Shown in pieces: positions 7,487-16,235 of a stretch of DNA of 28,228 nt. The DNA is from an uncultured bacterium (GTDB taxonomy: Bacteria; UBP7; UBA6624): assembly GCA_964012435.1 (NCBI GenBank), contig CAXGSM010000015.1:1-28228 (forward strand), written 5' to 3'. The notes under the pieces are model-generated. The model searched no databases, was not told the DNA's origin, and saw nothing but the letters and a program-made list of their open reading frames with translations. Position 1 is the first letter of the stretch, and the number at the start of each line of letters is the position of its first letter. The translations under genes and the position numbers were made by a program.

Positions 7487-8904
7487 ATAAACCCTGGCTA
7501 AAGCCAATTTTTTTCGACACCCTAAGAGCTGGTCTTTTTCCCTTAGCAACACATGAAGAAGGCGTTGTAAGAATGTATCATTGTGGTCCAACTTTATACA
7601 GTTGTCCTACTGTTGGAAATTGGAGATCTTTTCTTTTTTCAGACGTGTTAAAAAGAACCTTAGAATGGGGCGGCTGGAAAGTTTTTCAGGCGATGAATAT
7701 CACTGATGTTGGACATATGAGAGAAAGTGAAGATTCGTCATCTGAGATTGACCCTATTCAAGAGAAGGCAAAAGAAAAAGGCCTTTCACCATGGGATATT
7801 GTTGCTCATTACGAAAAACAATTCTTCAACGATATGGATTCTTTAAGCATGAGGCGACCCACATATGTACCTAAAGCAACAGAGCATATTGATGATATGG
7901 TTTTAATGATTCGAGAGCTCATTGAGAAGGGTTATGCATATGAATCTAATGGTAATATTTATTTTTCAGTTAAGTCATTTGAAAGATATGGAAACTTGTC
8001 AAAGAATTCAATTGACAATCTTGATTTAGGTCACAGAGTTGATATCAATGCTGATAAAAGAGACGCCAGGGATTTCGCTCTTTGGAAAACTGATTCGAAA
8101 CATCTTATGAAATGGGATACAGAATTGGGTTCTGACGGATTTCCGGGATGGCATATTGAGTGTTCTGCGATGGTAAATTCACTTTTTGGTAACAAATTAG
8201 ACATTCATTCTGGAGGAGAAGACTTGATCTTCCCTCATCATGAATGCGAAATAGCTCAAAGTGAAGCATTTTCCGGCAAAAAGCTTGCAAAGCATTGGAT
8301 GCATTGTAGGTTTTTGTTAGTTGATGGTGGCAAGATGGGAAAAAGCTTAGGCAATGCTTATACTCCCAGTGATATTTATGAAAAGGGTTTTACTGGTGCT
8401 GAATTAAGGTATTCACTCATAAGAGGGCATTATAGACAGCCATTAAATTTTAGCTTCGAGCTTTTAAAGGATTCTCGGTCAGCCTTGAAAAGGCTTCAGA
8501 ATTTCATTCAAGATTTAGAAGAAGTTAAGGAAGTAAGCTTTGCTGATGAAGATTTTGTAAAAAAATACAGAGATTCTTTTGTAAATTTTATGCAAAAGGA
8601 TCTAGATGTCCCTCAAGCTATTGCTGTTGTTATGGACCTTGTGAAAGATTCAAGAAAAAAGGGAATTGATAATATTGCATCAAGCGCAAAGTCTTTTCTT
8701 TCAGAGGTTAATGAGGTTTTGGGAATTTTTGTTGAGCAGGACGATTCAGGTAGTCAAAAGATTGAAGAGATGATAAAAGAAAGAAATAAAGCCAGAGATG
8801 ATAGGGATTGGAAAAAAGCCGATCGTATAAGAGAAGAATTGTTAGGTTTAGGTGTACAAATCAAAGATTCTTCATCAGGTACAACTTGGAATAAGATGAA
8901 TTAA
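7483..8904 (+). CDS. cysS: Cysteine--tRNA ligase
   Basis: MYHCGPT, MNITDVGH, DFALWK, GFPGWHIECSAM, DIHSGGEDLIFPHHECEIAQS, KMGKSLGN, and C-terminal ADRIREEL. TTG start overlaps the upstream TGA. Confidence 0.97.
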   Translation: MNKPWLKPIFFDTLRAGLFPLATHEEGVVRMYHCGPTLYSCPTVGNWRSFLFSDVLKRTLEWGGWKVFQAMNITDVGHMRESEDSSSEIDPIQEKAKEKGLSPWDIVAHYEKQFFNDMDSLSMRRPTYVPKATEHIDDMVLMIRELIEKGYAYESNGNIYFSVKSFERYGNLSKNSIDNLDLGHRVDINADKRDARDFALWKTDSKHLMKWDTELGSDGFPGWHIECSAMVNSLFGNKLDIHSGGEDLIFPHHECEIAQSEAFSGKKLAKHWMHCRFLLVDGGKMGKSLGNAYTPSDIYEKGFTGAELRYSLIRGHYRQPLNFSFELLKDSRSALKRLQNFIQDLEEVKEVSFADEDFVKKYRDSFVNFMQKDLDVPQAIAVVMDLVKDSRKKGIDNIASSAKSFLSEVNEVLGIFVEQDDSGSQKIEEMIKERNKARDDRDWKKADRIREELLGLGVQIKDSSSGTTWNKMN

Positions 8905-8937
8905 TGTATACGATCACTTTTATGTTTAATTTTTATT

Positions 8938-9010
8938 GCGGAAGTAGCTCAGTTGGTAGAGCATCAGCTTCCCAAGCTGGAGGTCGCGGGTTCAAGTCCC
9001 GTCTTCCGCT
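8938..9010 (+). tRNA. tRNA-Gly(CCC)
   Basis: Acceptor GCGGAAG/CTTCCGC, U73 discriminator, anticodon arm CAGC-TT-CCC-AA-GCTG. CCA not encoded. Confidence 0.95.
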
Positions 9011-9017
9011 TTTTCTT

Positions 9018-9091
9018 GGGCGCGTGGCCAAGTGGTTTAAGGCGTGGGCCTGCAAAGCCTATATTCGTCGGTTCGAATCCGACCGCGCCCT
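9018..9091 (+). tRNA. tRNA-Cys(GCA)
   Basis: Acceptor GGGCGCG/CGCGCCC, U73 discriminator, anticodon arm TGGGC-CT-GCA-AA-GCCTA, GGTTCGAATCC T-arm. Confidence 0.95.
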
Positions 9092-9113
9092 TGTCTTAAG
9101 AATAATAAAAAAA

Positions 9114-9187
9114 GGGGGATTAGCTCAGCTGGATAGAGCGCTTGATTGACATTCAAGAGGTCGGTGGTTCAAGTCCACCATCTCCCA
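9114..9187 (+). tRNA. tRNA-Val(GAC)
   Basis: Acceptor GGGGGAT/ATCTCCC, A73 discriminator, anticodon arm CTTGA-TT-GAC-AT-TCAAG. Confidence 0.95.
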
Positions 9188-9208
9188 TGATGGAGATCTG
9201 ATTATTTA

Positions 9209-10933
9209 ATGATTAATAAAATTGAAAATATGAGACATACTGCAAGTCATGTTTTGGCTCAGGCTGTTTTGAGATTGTTTCCTGATGTTAAATTAGGAAT
9301 AGGTCCTGTGATAGAAGACGGTTTTTACTATGATTTTTTATTTGGTAGAGAGTTTTCGGAGGATGATTTCTTAAAGATTGAAGAAGAGATGCACCGTATT
9401 GTTAAAGATGATTACAAGCTTGAAAAATTTACGCTAAGCAGAGAAAAAGCTTTAAAAGAGCTGGAAGGGCAACCTTTCAAGCAGGAATTAGTGATGGATA
9501 TAGCTGAATCAGAAGAAATATCGTTTTATAAACAAGGTGAGTTTGTTGACCTTTGCGAAGGTAGGCCTTCTCATGTTACGTCAACATCCCAAATTGGAAA
9601 ATTTAAAATATTATCAACATCAGGAGCATACTGGAAGGGTGATGAAAAGAATGTTATGTTGCAAAGAATTTATGCAACAGCTTTTGAAAAAAAATCTGAA
9701 TTGGAAGCTTATTTGGACAGGTTGAAAGAGGCTGAAAAAAGAGACCATAGGAAAATTGGCCAGAAATTAAATCTTTTTGAAATATTTTCTCAAGATGCTG
9801 GTAGTGGTTTGGTTTTTTGGCTGCCGCAAGGAAAAAAACTTTTAAATTCATTGATGGAATGGTCTAGGTCAATGCATGCTAAAGATGGCTACAAGGAGAT
9901 AGAAACGCCTCATATTGTGCATACCAACCTTTGGGAAAAGAGTGGGCATTTAACAAATTTTAAAGATTTTATGTTTATTTGTCCAGATGATGAAGGTGAA
10001 TCAGGTGTAGGGATAAAGCCAATGAATTGCCCAGGCCATATGTTGATTTATTCCAGGAAAAGAAGAAGCTATAAAGAACTGCCTGTAAAGCTGATGGAGT
10101 TCGGTACTGTTTACAGAAATGAAAAAGCAGGAACTATGCACGGCCTGTTTAGGGTTAAGGGCTTCACCCAGGATGATGCGCATATATTCTGTACCTTTGA
10201 TCAGCTTGAAAATCAAATAATTGAAGTTTTGAATTTTGCTGAGAGCATTTTCTCTAGATTTGGTTTTAAGTGGAAATTGTTTTTCAAAGGTCGTCCCGAG
10301 AAGTCCATAGGCTCTGATGCTGCTTGGGAAAAAGCCGAATCTTCATTGAAGTCTGCTATTTTAAAAGCAGGAATTGATGCTGAATATATTGCAGGTGATG
10401 GTGCTTTTTATGGTCCTAAGCTTGATTTTGAAATAGAAGATGCTTTGGGCAGGCATTGGCAGTGTACAACTGTGCAGATTGATTTCAACCTTCCTGAAAG
10501 GTTTAATTTAAGTTATGTTAATTCAAATGATGAAGAGGAGGTTCCAGTCCTTATACATAGAGCAATCTTTGGATCAATGGAGCGTTTTATTGGCATATTG
10601 ATTGAGCATTATGCAGGCAATTTTCCTTTTTGGCTTTCTCCTACTCAGGCTATAATAGTTCCCATTTCAGAAAAGCATTTTGATTATGGGAGGGATTTTT
10701 TGAATGATTTAAAATCAGCAGGAATAAGAGCTGAACTTGATGATAGAAATGAAAAAGTTGGTAAGAAAATTAGAGATGCTGAATTGAATAAAGTTCCTTA
10801 CATGTTTGTTGTTGGTGATAGAGAAATGAGCTCTTTGTCTGTTTCTGTAAGGCATAGAGATGATGGAGATAGGGGAAGCATTCTTAAAGATGAATTAATA
10901 GAGCAATTGAAAAAAGAAGGTAATGTTAATTGA
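9209..10933 (+). CDS. thrS: Threonine--tRNA ligase (short form without the N-terminal TGS domain)
   Basis: RHTASHVLAQA editing motif, GFYYDF, GAYWKGD, RDHRKIG, KPMNCPGH, GFTQDDAH, GAFYGPKLD, IHRAIFGSMERF. Confidence 0.98.
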   Translation: MINKIENMRHTASHVLAQAVLRLFPDVKLGIGPVIEDGFYYDFLFGREFSEDDFLKIEEEMHRIVKDDYKLEKFTLSREKALKELEGQPFKQELVMDIAESEEISFYKQGEFVDLCEGRPSHVTSTSQIGKFKILSTSGAYWKGDEKNVMLQRIYATAFEKKSELEAYLDRLKEAEKRDHRKIGQKLNLFEIFSQDAGSGLVFWLPQGKKLLNSLMEWSRSMHAKDGYKEIETPHIVHTNLWEKSGHLTNFKDFMFICPDDEGESGVGIKPMNCPGHMLIYSRKRRSYKELPVKLMEFGTVYRNEKAGTMHGLFRVKGFTQDDAHIFCTFDQLENQIIEVLNFAESIFSRFGFKWKLFFKGRPEKSIGSDAAWEKAESSLKSAILKAGIDAEYIAGDGAFYGPKLDFEIEDALGRHWQCTTVQIDFNLPERFNLSYVNSNDEEEVPVLIHRAIFGSMERFIGILIEHYAGNFPFWLSPTQAIIVPISEKHFDYGRDFLNDLKSAGIRAELDDRNEKVGKKIRDAELNKVPYMFVVGDREMSSLSVSVRHRDDGDRGSILKDELIEQLKKEGNVN

Positions 10934-11487
10934 GTCGTTTTAGAAGAGGAGCCTCACAAAAAAAACCAAAAAGGTTACATTTCATAAATGAAAACATTAG
11001 AGCTAGACGTATCAGGGTGATAGATGAAAATGGTGAGAATCTAGGAGTTATGGATCTCCGATCAGCTTTAGAAAAGTCTAAAAATAGTGGTCTCGATTTG
11101 GTTTTGACTGTTGAAAACAGTGATCCTCCGGTAGCAAAAATTCTAGATTACGGTAGGTTTTTATATGAAAAACGAAGAAAAGAAAAGGTTATCAAGTCCA
11201 AGAATGCTAGTTCGAAATCTCAATTAAAAGAAATTCGGTTAAAGCTAAATATAGACAAAGGAGACCTGGAGGTAAGGACAAAAAGAGCCAAAAAATTTCT
11301 TTCTCAAGGTCATAGAGTCAAGGTTACAGTTCACTTTCGCAAGTGGAGAGAGAGAATTCACAAGGCAAGAGGGTTAGAATTACTTGAATACATTAAGGAG
11401 GAAGTAAAGGATTTCGGAGTTGTCTTATCCGACATAAAAGTTGAAAATACACAAGCAACATTGATGTTCAATCCTGGAAAAACTTAA
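10930..11487 (+). CDS. infC: Translation initiation factor IF-3
   Basis: INENIRARRIRVIDENGENLG, PPVAKILDYGRFLYE, LKEIRL, FLSQGHRVKV. Canonical thrS-infC-rpmI-rplT order. Confidence 0.96.
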   Translation: MSRFRRGASQKKPKRLHFINENIRARRIRVIDENGENLGVMDLRSALEKSKNSGLDLVLTVENSDPPVAKILDYGRFLYEKRRKEKVIKSKNASSKSQLKEIRLKLNIDKGDLEVRTKRAKKFLSQGHRVKVTVHFRKWRERIHKARGLELLEYIKEEVKDFGVVLSDIKVENTQATLMFNPGKT

Positions 11488-11488
11488 A

Positions 11489-11719
11489 ATGGTTAAAAGC
11501 AATAAGATAAAAACAAATACTAAAAGCAATAAAGTAAAAACAAATAAAGCAATTGCCAAAAGGTTTAGAGTTACAAAAACTGGCAAGGTGATCTCTAAAT
11601 CCCCTGGCTTGAATCATAAGACTGGAAAAAAATCCTCCAAAAGGAAGAGATCCCTTTCTCAAGGTACAAGAGTAGAGGGTGCAATGAAAAAGAAAATTTT
11701 AAGGAATTTAGGTAAGTAA
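11489..11719 (+). CDS. rpmI: 50S ribosomal protein L35
   Basis: KTNKAIAKRFRVTKTGK...NH...KKSSKRKRSL. Located between infC and rplT. Confidence 0.94.
   Translation: MVKSNKIKTNTKSNKVKTNKAIAKRFRVTKTGKVISKSPGLNHKTGKKSSKRKRSLSQGTRVEGAMKKKILRNLGK
11494..11547 (+). repeat. 27-bp tandem duplication in the 5' end of rpmI
   Basis: TAAAAGCAATAAGATAAAAACAAATAC then TAAAAGCAATAAAGTAAAAACAAATAA (24/27 identical). Confidence 0.85.
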
Positions 11720-11720
11720 A

Positions 11721-12071
11721 ATGGTAAGAGTTAAAACTGGATCAACAAGAAGAGCGAGACATAAGAAAATTCTTAAGCTTGCGAAAGGTTTTAGGGCCTC
11801 GGGCTCTAGAAGGTTTAGGAAAGCAAAAGAAGTTCTTTTAAATGCTGGAACGAGTGCTTACAGGGATAGAAAAAATAATAAAAGAAATTTCAGAAGGCTA
11901 TGGATATCAAGGTTAAGTTCAGCCTTGCAGGAACATGGTGTTTCTTATTCAAGCTTTCAAAATATGCTTAAAAAATCTCAAGTAGAGCTTAACAGAAAAA
12001 TGCTTTCAGAAATCGCAATTACTGAACCTGAAGCTTTTAAATCTTTGGTTTCAGAGCTTTCTGAAAAATAG
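11721..12071 (+). CDS. rplT: 50S ribosomal protein L20
   Basis: MVRVKTGSTRRARHKKILKLAKGF, AYRDRK..KRNFRRLWISR, LNRKMLSEIA. Confidence 0.98.
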   Translation: MVRVKTGSTRRARHKKILKLAKGFRASGSRRFRKAKEVLLNAGTSAYRDRKNNKRNFRRLWISRLSSALQEHGVSYSSFQNMLKKSQVELNRKMLSEIAITEPEAFKSLVSELSEK

Positions 12072-12086
12072 TTAGCCCTGGCATTT

Positions 12087-13388
12087 ATGTTGGGCTACCC
12101 GAACGATTTTATTAGTTTCTCTGAATCTTTAAGCCTTGCGCGAGAGGATAAAAACAATATATTTATATCTTTAGTTTCAGAAAATAAAGATGATGCGATT
12201 CCTTTTGCCGTCAAAGATAATATTTGTACTTTAACAACTCCAACCACTTGTGCATCTAAAATTTTAGATGGATATGTTAGCCCTTATGAAGCAACTGTTT
12301 TAACCAGGCTAAAAAAATACAACTGTTCTGAAGTGGGAAAAACGAATTTAGATGAGTTTGCTATGGGGACAAGTTCAGAAACCAGTTGTTATGGTCCTTC
12401 TTTGAATCCGTGGGATTCAAAGAGAGTTTGTGGTGGCAGTTCAGGTGGAAGTGCAGCATCTGTTGCTGCTGGCATTGTGCCTTTTGCTCTTGGTTCAGAT
12501 ACCGGTGGATCTGTCAGGCATCCTGCATCTTTTTGTGGTGTTTTTGGTTTTCGACCAACATGGGGCCGTGTTTCAAGGTACGGTTTGATTTCAATGGCAT
12601 CGTCAATGGATGTAATAGGTTTTTTTTCAAAAACCTTAAATGAAGTTCGTTGGGTTTTTGATGCTGTGAAAGGTTTTGATAGAAACGATTCCACCTCTTA
12701 TAATGTTAAAAAAAATGTTGTTTTGAAGTCAGAAAAACCAAAAAAAGTTTTTATTCCAAAATTGAAAGATTTAACAAGCATTGTTGAACCTTACATTTTG
12801 GAGGATTTTGAAATTTTAATTAAAGATATAGCAAAAGAAAATATTGATATACAAGAAATCGATTGCAGTATTTTTGAAAATTCTTTACCTGTTTATTATT
12901 TGATTTGTTATGCTGAGGTAAGTTCCAATCTTTCTAGGTTTGACGGAATAAGGTTTGGGCCTAAAAACAATAATCATCCAGATTTTTGGAGGAAGGAATC
13001 TCTTGGAAGAGAGGTTCAAAGAAGAATTTTAATGGGTTGTCATGTTCTTTCTGAAGGACATAAGGAAGGACTGTATGAAAAAGCTGTTTACTTAAGAAAA
13101 CATCTTTCTTCAACTTTGAATAGTTGGTCAAAAGATGGTTTGCTTTTAACTCCGACTACACCATCTGTTGCATTTGAAATTAATTCTAAAAAAGATCCAA
13201 TAGCAATGTATAGACAAGATTTTTTCACAACAGCTCCATCTCTTGCTGGAGTGCCAGCTATTAATATTCCTTGGAATAAACATAAAGGATTGCCTTATGG
13301 TTTTCAGGTTTCTTCAGGAGTTGACATGGATGAGAGTCTTATAAACGAGGCTCTTTGGATAAATAATTTTTCAAAATGGACAAAGTGA
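12087..13388 (+). CDS. gatA: Asp/Glu-tRNA amidotransferase subunit A
   Basis: Amidase signature KDNI, GKTNLDEFAMG, GGSSGGSAA, GSDTGGSVR. GatA-specific SSNLSRFDGIRFG and GREVQRRILMG. Adjacent to gatB. Confidence 0.95.
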   Translation: MLGYPNDFISFSESLSLAREDKNNIFISLVSENKDDAIPFAVKDNICTLTTPTTCASKILDGYVSPYEATVLTRLKKYNCSEVGKTNLDEFAMGTSSETSCYGPSLNPWDSKRVCGGSSGGSAASVAAGIVPFALGSDTGGSVRHPASFCGVFGFRPTWGRVSRYGLISMASSMDVIGFFSKTLNEVRWVFDAVKGFDRNDSTSYNVKKNVVLKSEKPKKVFIPKLKDLTSIVEPYILEDFEILIKDIAKENIDIQEIDCSIFENSLPVYYLICYAEVSSNLSRFDGIRFGPKNNNHPDFWRKESLGREVQRRILMGCHVLSEGHKEGLYEKAVYLRKHLSSTLNSWSKDGLLLTPTTPSVAFEINSKKDPIAMYRQDFFTTAPSLAGVPAINIPWNKHKGLPYGFQVSSGVDMDESLINEALWINNFSKWTK

Positions 13389-13397
13389 TTATTTAAC

Positions 13398-14786
13398 ATG
13401 GATTTAAACTCAATGATAGGTTTGGAGATTCATGTTCAGCTAATGAGTCAAACCAAGCTGTATTGCAGATGTTCTTGTTCTTATTCGGAACCAAATACAA
13501 ATTGTTGTGCTGTTTGCTATGGTTTGCCTGGGGCACTTCCCGTACCAAACAAGTATGTTTTTGAATTAGCTTCAAAATGTGCACATCTTCTCAAGTGTAG
13601 TTTGAATGAATTTAGCGTAGCTGAGAGAAAAAATTACTTTTATCCCGATTTACCTAAAGGTTATCAGATAAGTCAGTTTTTAAAACCGATTGGAGAGAAT
13701 GGAAATTGGATTTTTTATAGTGAAGGTATTGAGTGCAAGGCAAGGATAAGGAGAATACAGGTTGAAGAAGATACCGCACAGCTGATTGTTAAAGGAAACG
13801 ATTCATTATTGGATTTTAATAGATCAGGAATTCCTTTATTAGAGGTGGTCACAGAGCCTGATTTCAAAAATGCAAAAGAAGCAGGTGAGTTTTTGAGAAG
13901 TTTAAGGTCGTCATTGGTTGAGTATGAAATTTCAACTGGAAAAATGGAAACCGGAGCCATGAGGTGTGAGCCAAATGTATCAGTATCTATTAATGGGAAA
14001 ATTTCAAATAAGGTAGAGATTAAAAATTTAGGCAGCATAAGCGGGGTTGAAAAAGCTATAAAATGGGAAATTAACCATCAGCTTGATCAGATTCAGAATG
14101 GTGAAATTGTTAATTCTGTAACGAAGGGGTGGGATGAATCCAACCAACAATGCGTTCTTCAAAGAGTAAAAGAGTCAGCTTCTGATTATCGTTATTTTCC
14201 TGAACCAGATTTAAGCGTTATCAAGACTTCTAAAAGTTCTTTTAATGTTTTAACTCCTTATCAGAAAATTAAGATCATGATGGATGAAGGAATTTCTTTC
14301 CAGATGGCAAGAACCATTTCTTTGAATCATCGAATTTTTAATTATTACCAAAGTTTTTCAAAAGATATAAACAAGAAGACATTAGCTACATGGATAGCTG
14401 GTTCTTTATCGTCATTCTGGAATAATGATCCAAGCATCTTGGGGATTTCTCCTAAAGTAGAAGACATGACTAAATTAATCAAGCATGTTGAGTCTGGAAG
14501 CATGACAAAAGCAATAGCTAAAAAAATTCTGGCTGAACTTATTAAAGGACATGAGATTGATTTACTGATTGATAAACTTGGAGACGCTGGTTATTTATCT
14601 GACGATGATCTGGTAGTGCTTGTTGAAAGTATCATAAAAAATAATCCCGAAATTGTTGAGAAATATAAGAATGGTAAAATTGCTGTTATTAAATCATTAG
14701 TTGGCATGGGTATGAGGCAATCCAAAGGAAGAGCTAATCCTGAATCATTAAGATTAGAAATTGAAAAAAATATCAAACCAACATGA
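13398..14786 (+). CDS. gatB: Asp/Glu-tRNA amidotransferase subunit B
   Basis: IGLEIHVQL, GLPGALP, RKNYFYPDLPKGYQISQ, NRSGIPLLEVVTEPD, DYRYFPEPDL, and a C-terminal Yqey-like KGRANP. Confidence 0.97.
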   Translation: MDLNSMIGLEIHVQLMSQTKLYCRCSCSYSEPNTNCCAVCYGLPGALPVPNKYVFELASKCAHLLKCSLNEFSVAERKNYFYPDLPKGYQISQFLKPIGENGNWIFYSEGIECKARIRRIQVEEDTAQLIVKGNDSLLDFNRSGIPLLEVVTEPDFKNAKEAGEFLRSLRSSLVEYEISTGKMETGAMRCEPNVSVSINGKISNKVEIKNLGSISGVEKAIKWEINHQLDQIQNGEIVNSVTKGWDESNQQCVLQRVKESASDYRYFPEPDLSVIKTSKSSFNVLTPYQKIKIMMDEGISFQMARTISLNHRIFNYYQSFSKDINKKTLATWIAGSLSSFWNNDPSILGISPKVEDMTKLIKHVESGSMTKAIAKKILAELIKGHEIDLLIDKLGDAGYLSDDDLVVLVESIIKNNPEIVEKYKNGKIAVIKSLVGMGMRQSKGRANPESLRLEIEKNIKPT

Positions 14787-15466
14787 TTAAGCTTTTATTT
14801 TTTATTGTTTTTATTTTGGGTGATTCCTTTAGCTTTCAGCAAAAAAATGATATTGAAGATTGGAACTTGAAAATAAAAGACTCAAAAAGAATGCTTCTTG
14901 ATTATGAATCTCAAAATGATGAAATAAACGCTTCAACCCAACGCACCTTTTTAAGTTATTCTTATTCATGGCTTTGGTTCAAATATGGAGATCTGGAATC
15001 TTTAAAAAATCTTGTTATTCAGAATGTTCAAACTTTAGAGAAAGATAAGGTTTATTATGGTTTTTCATCCTCTTTGAATTATGAAGCAGATTTAATACTT
15101 CTATCTGATGCAGATAGTTTGATATCTGGTAAACAGCTTTGGCTTTTGAACATTCATAATCAAACTAAAGATATTGTTGAAAATTCTTTGCCTTATGTTA
15201 ATTTTCATTTAAAAAATGGCGAAACTATACAGCGGTTTTTACCTCAAGAGGATAGTGATTTTCTAGAAAGCCAACAAAGAAATAATATTTCCAGATTTTT
15301 ATGGGATGATAACTCCTTGTTGCCCTGGTATTCCAAAAGGCTTTTGATTTTGACTGAAGTTATAAATTTTGATGAAATATCAATGTTAGAAGTGATTTTT
15401 GATAGAGAAAGAATTTTGATTCCTTTTTGGGATAATTTTTTAGATTTTCAGGATTTTAAAAATTAA
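14783..15466 (+). CDS. Hypothetical exported protein
   Basis: 227-aa ORF with ATGA overlap on the gatB stop and an N-terminal hydrophobic stretch MIKLLFFIVFILG. No family recognised. Confidence 0.7.
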   Translation: MIKLLFFIVFILGDSFSFQQKNDIEDWNLKIKDSKRMLLDYESQNDEINASTQRTFLSYSYSWLWFKYGDLESLKNLVIQNVQTLEKDKVYYGFSSSLNYEADLILLSDADSLISGKQLWLLNIHNQTKDIVENSLPYVNFHLKNGETIQRFLPQEDSDFLESQQRNNISRFLWDDNSLLPWYSKRLLILTEVINFDEISMLEVIFDRERILIPFWDNFLDFQDFKN

Positions 15467-16235
15467 GATTTTTTTCTTTCCATTTTTGGAATAAATAAAT
15501 GCCACCTGTGTCATCCGCCACCCAAAGATCACCTTCTGGAGTAAATGATATTCCTTCAGAAAGGGGAAAGGGTAAATGCCAGGTTTTTATTTTTTTATAA
15601 TCTTTAAAAAGAAATAATCTCCCATGGAATCCACCCGCGGTAAGCATTCTTTGAATTAGCCATGAATCCAAAATCCACAAACTATCAGTTTCTTTCTCAT
15701 AATACAAGTCAGAAATAGATTCAATTTTGAGTTTATACTCTTTGTTCAATATTGGTTTTTGTTTATCGTCTAAAGGGATTGAAAATTCGTAAATCATTGC
15801 AGGGTATCTTTGTTTCCCAACTAATACTTTCAACCACCCATCATTTTTTTGATCATCTCCAATAACTGTTAATGCTTCAAGGCCCCAATCTTCATCTTTG
15901 CAATTTGGCGGTGCTCCAGGAAGCTTGTATGTGGATTCAATTTCAAAACTTTCTGGATTGATTGAAATTATTTCCCACAAAGGCTCCCTCACGACAAGAA
16001 GATTATTATTTCTTGGATCAATTGATATTGCTTCAAAATCTCGCTCGCAAGAGTTTCCAACCATTTTTTTCATTTTTAATAGTTTTCCATCTTTATCTAA
16101 TTCAGCAATGTGACCTTCATCGCCTACAACAAAAATTGTTTCTCTTTCTTGAGAGTAGGTTAAACCTGATGGTTCTTTGAATTTTTCAGGTATTAGATTT
16201 TTTTGAAAGAATGTTAACAGTATTAGAAAAATCAT
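15456..16235 (-). CDS. SdiA-regulated (YjiK-like) family beta-propeller protein, probably exported
   Basis: Blade motifs EPSGLTY, DFEAIS, GLEALT, SISDLYY, EGISFTPEGDLWVADD. Short hydrophobic N-terminus. Confidence 0.8.
   Translation of the reverse strand: MIFLILLTFFQKNLIPEKFKEPSGLTYSQERETIFVVGDEGHIAELDKDGKLLKMKKMVGNSCERDFEAISIDPRNNNLLVVREPLWEIISINPESFEIESTYKLPGAPPNCKDEDWGLEALTVIGDDQKNDGWLKVLVGKQRYPAMIYEFSIPLDDKQKPILNKEYKLKIESISDLYYEKETDSLWILDSWLIQRMLTAGGFHGRLFLFKDYKKIKTWHLPFPLSEGISFTPEGDLWVADDTGGIYLFQKWKEKNLNF

Noticed and set aside
8904..9149. 81-aa ORF in the track
   Set aside because: It is a translation across tRNA-Gly, tRNA-Cys and part of tRNA-Val, not a protein.
11494..11547. CRISPR-like repeat
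   Set aside because: Only two adjacent copies, no spacer, in frame within rpmI, and no cas genes.
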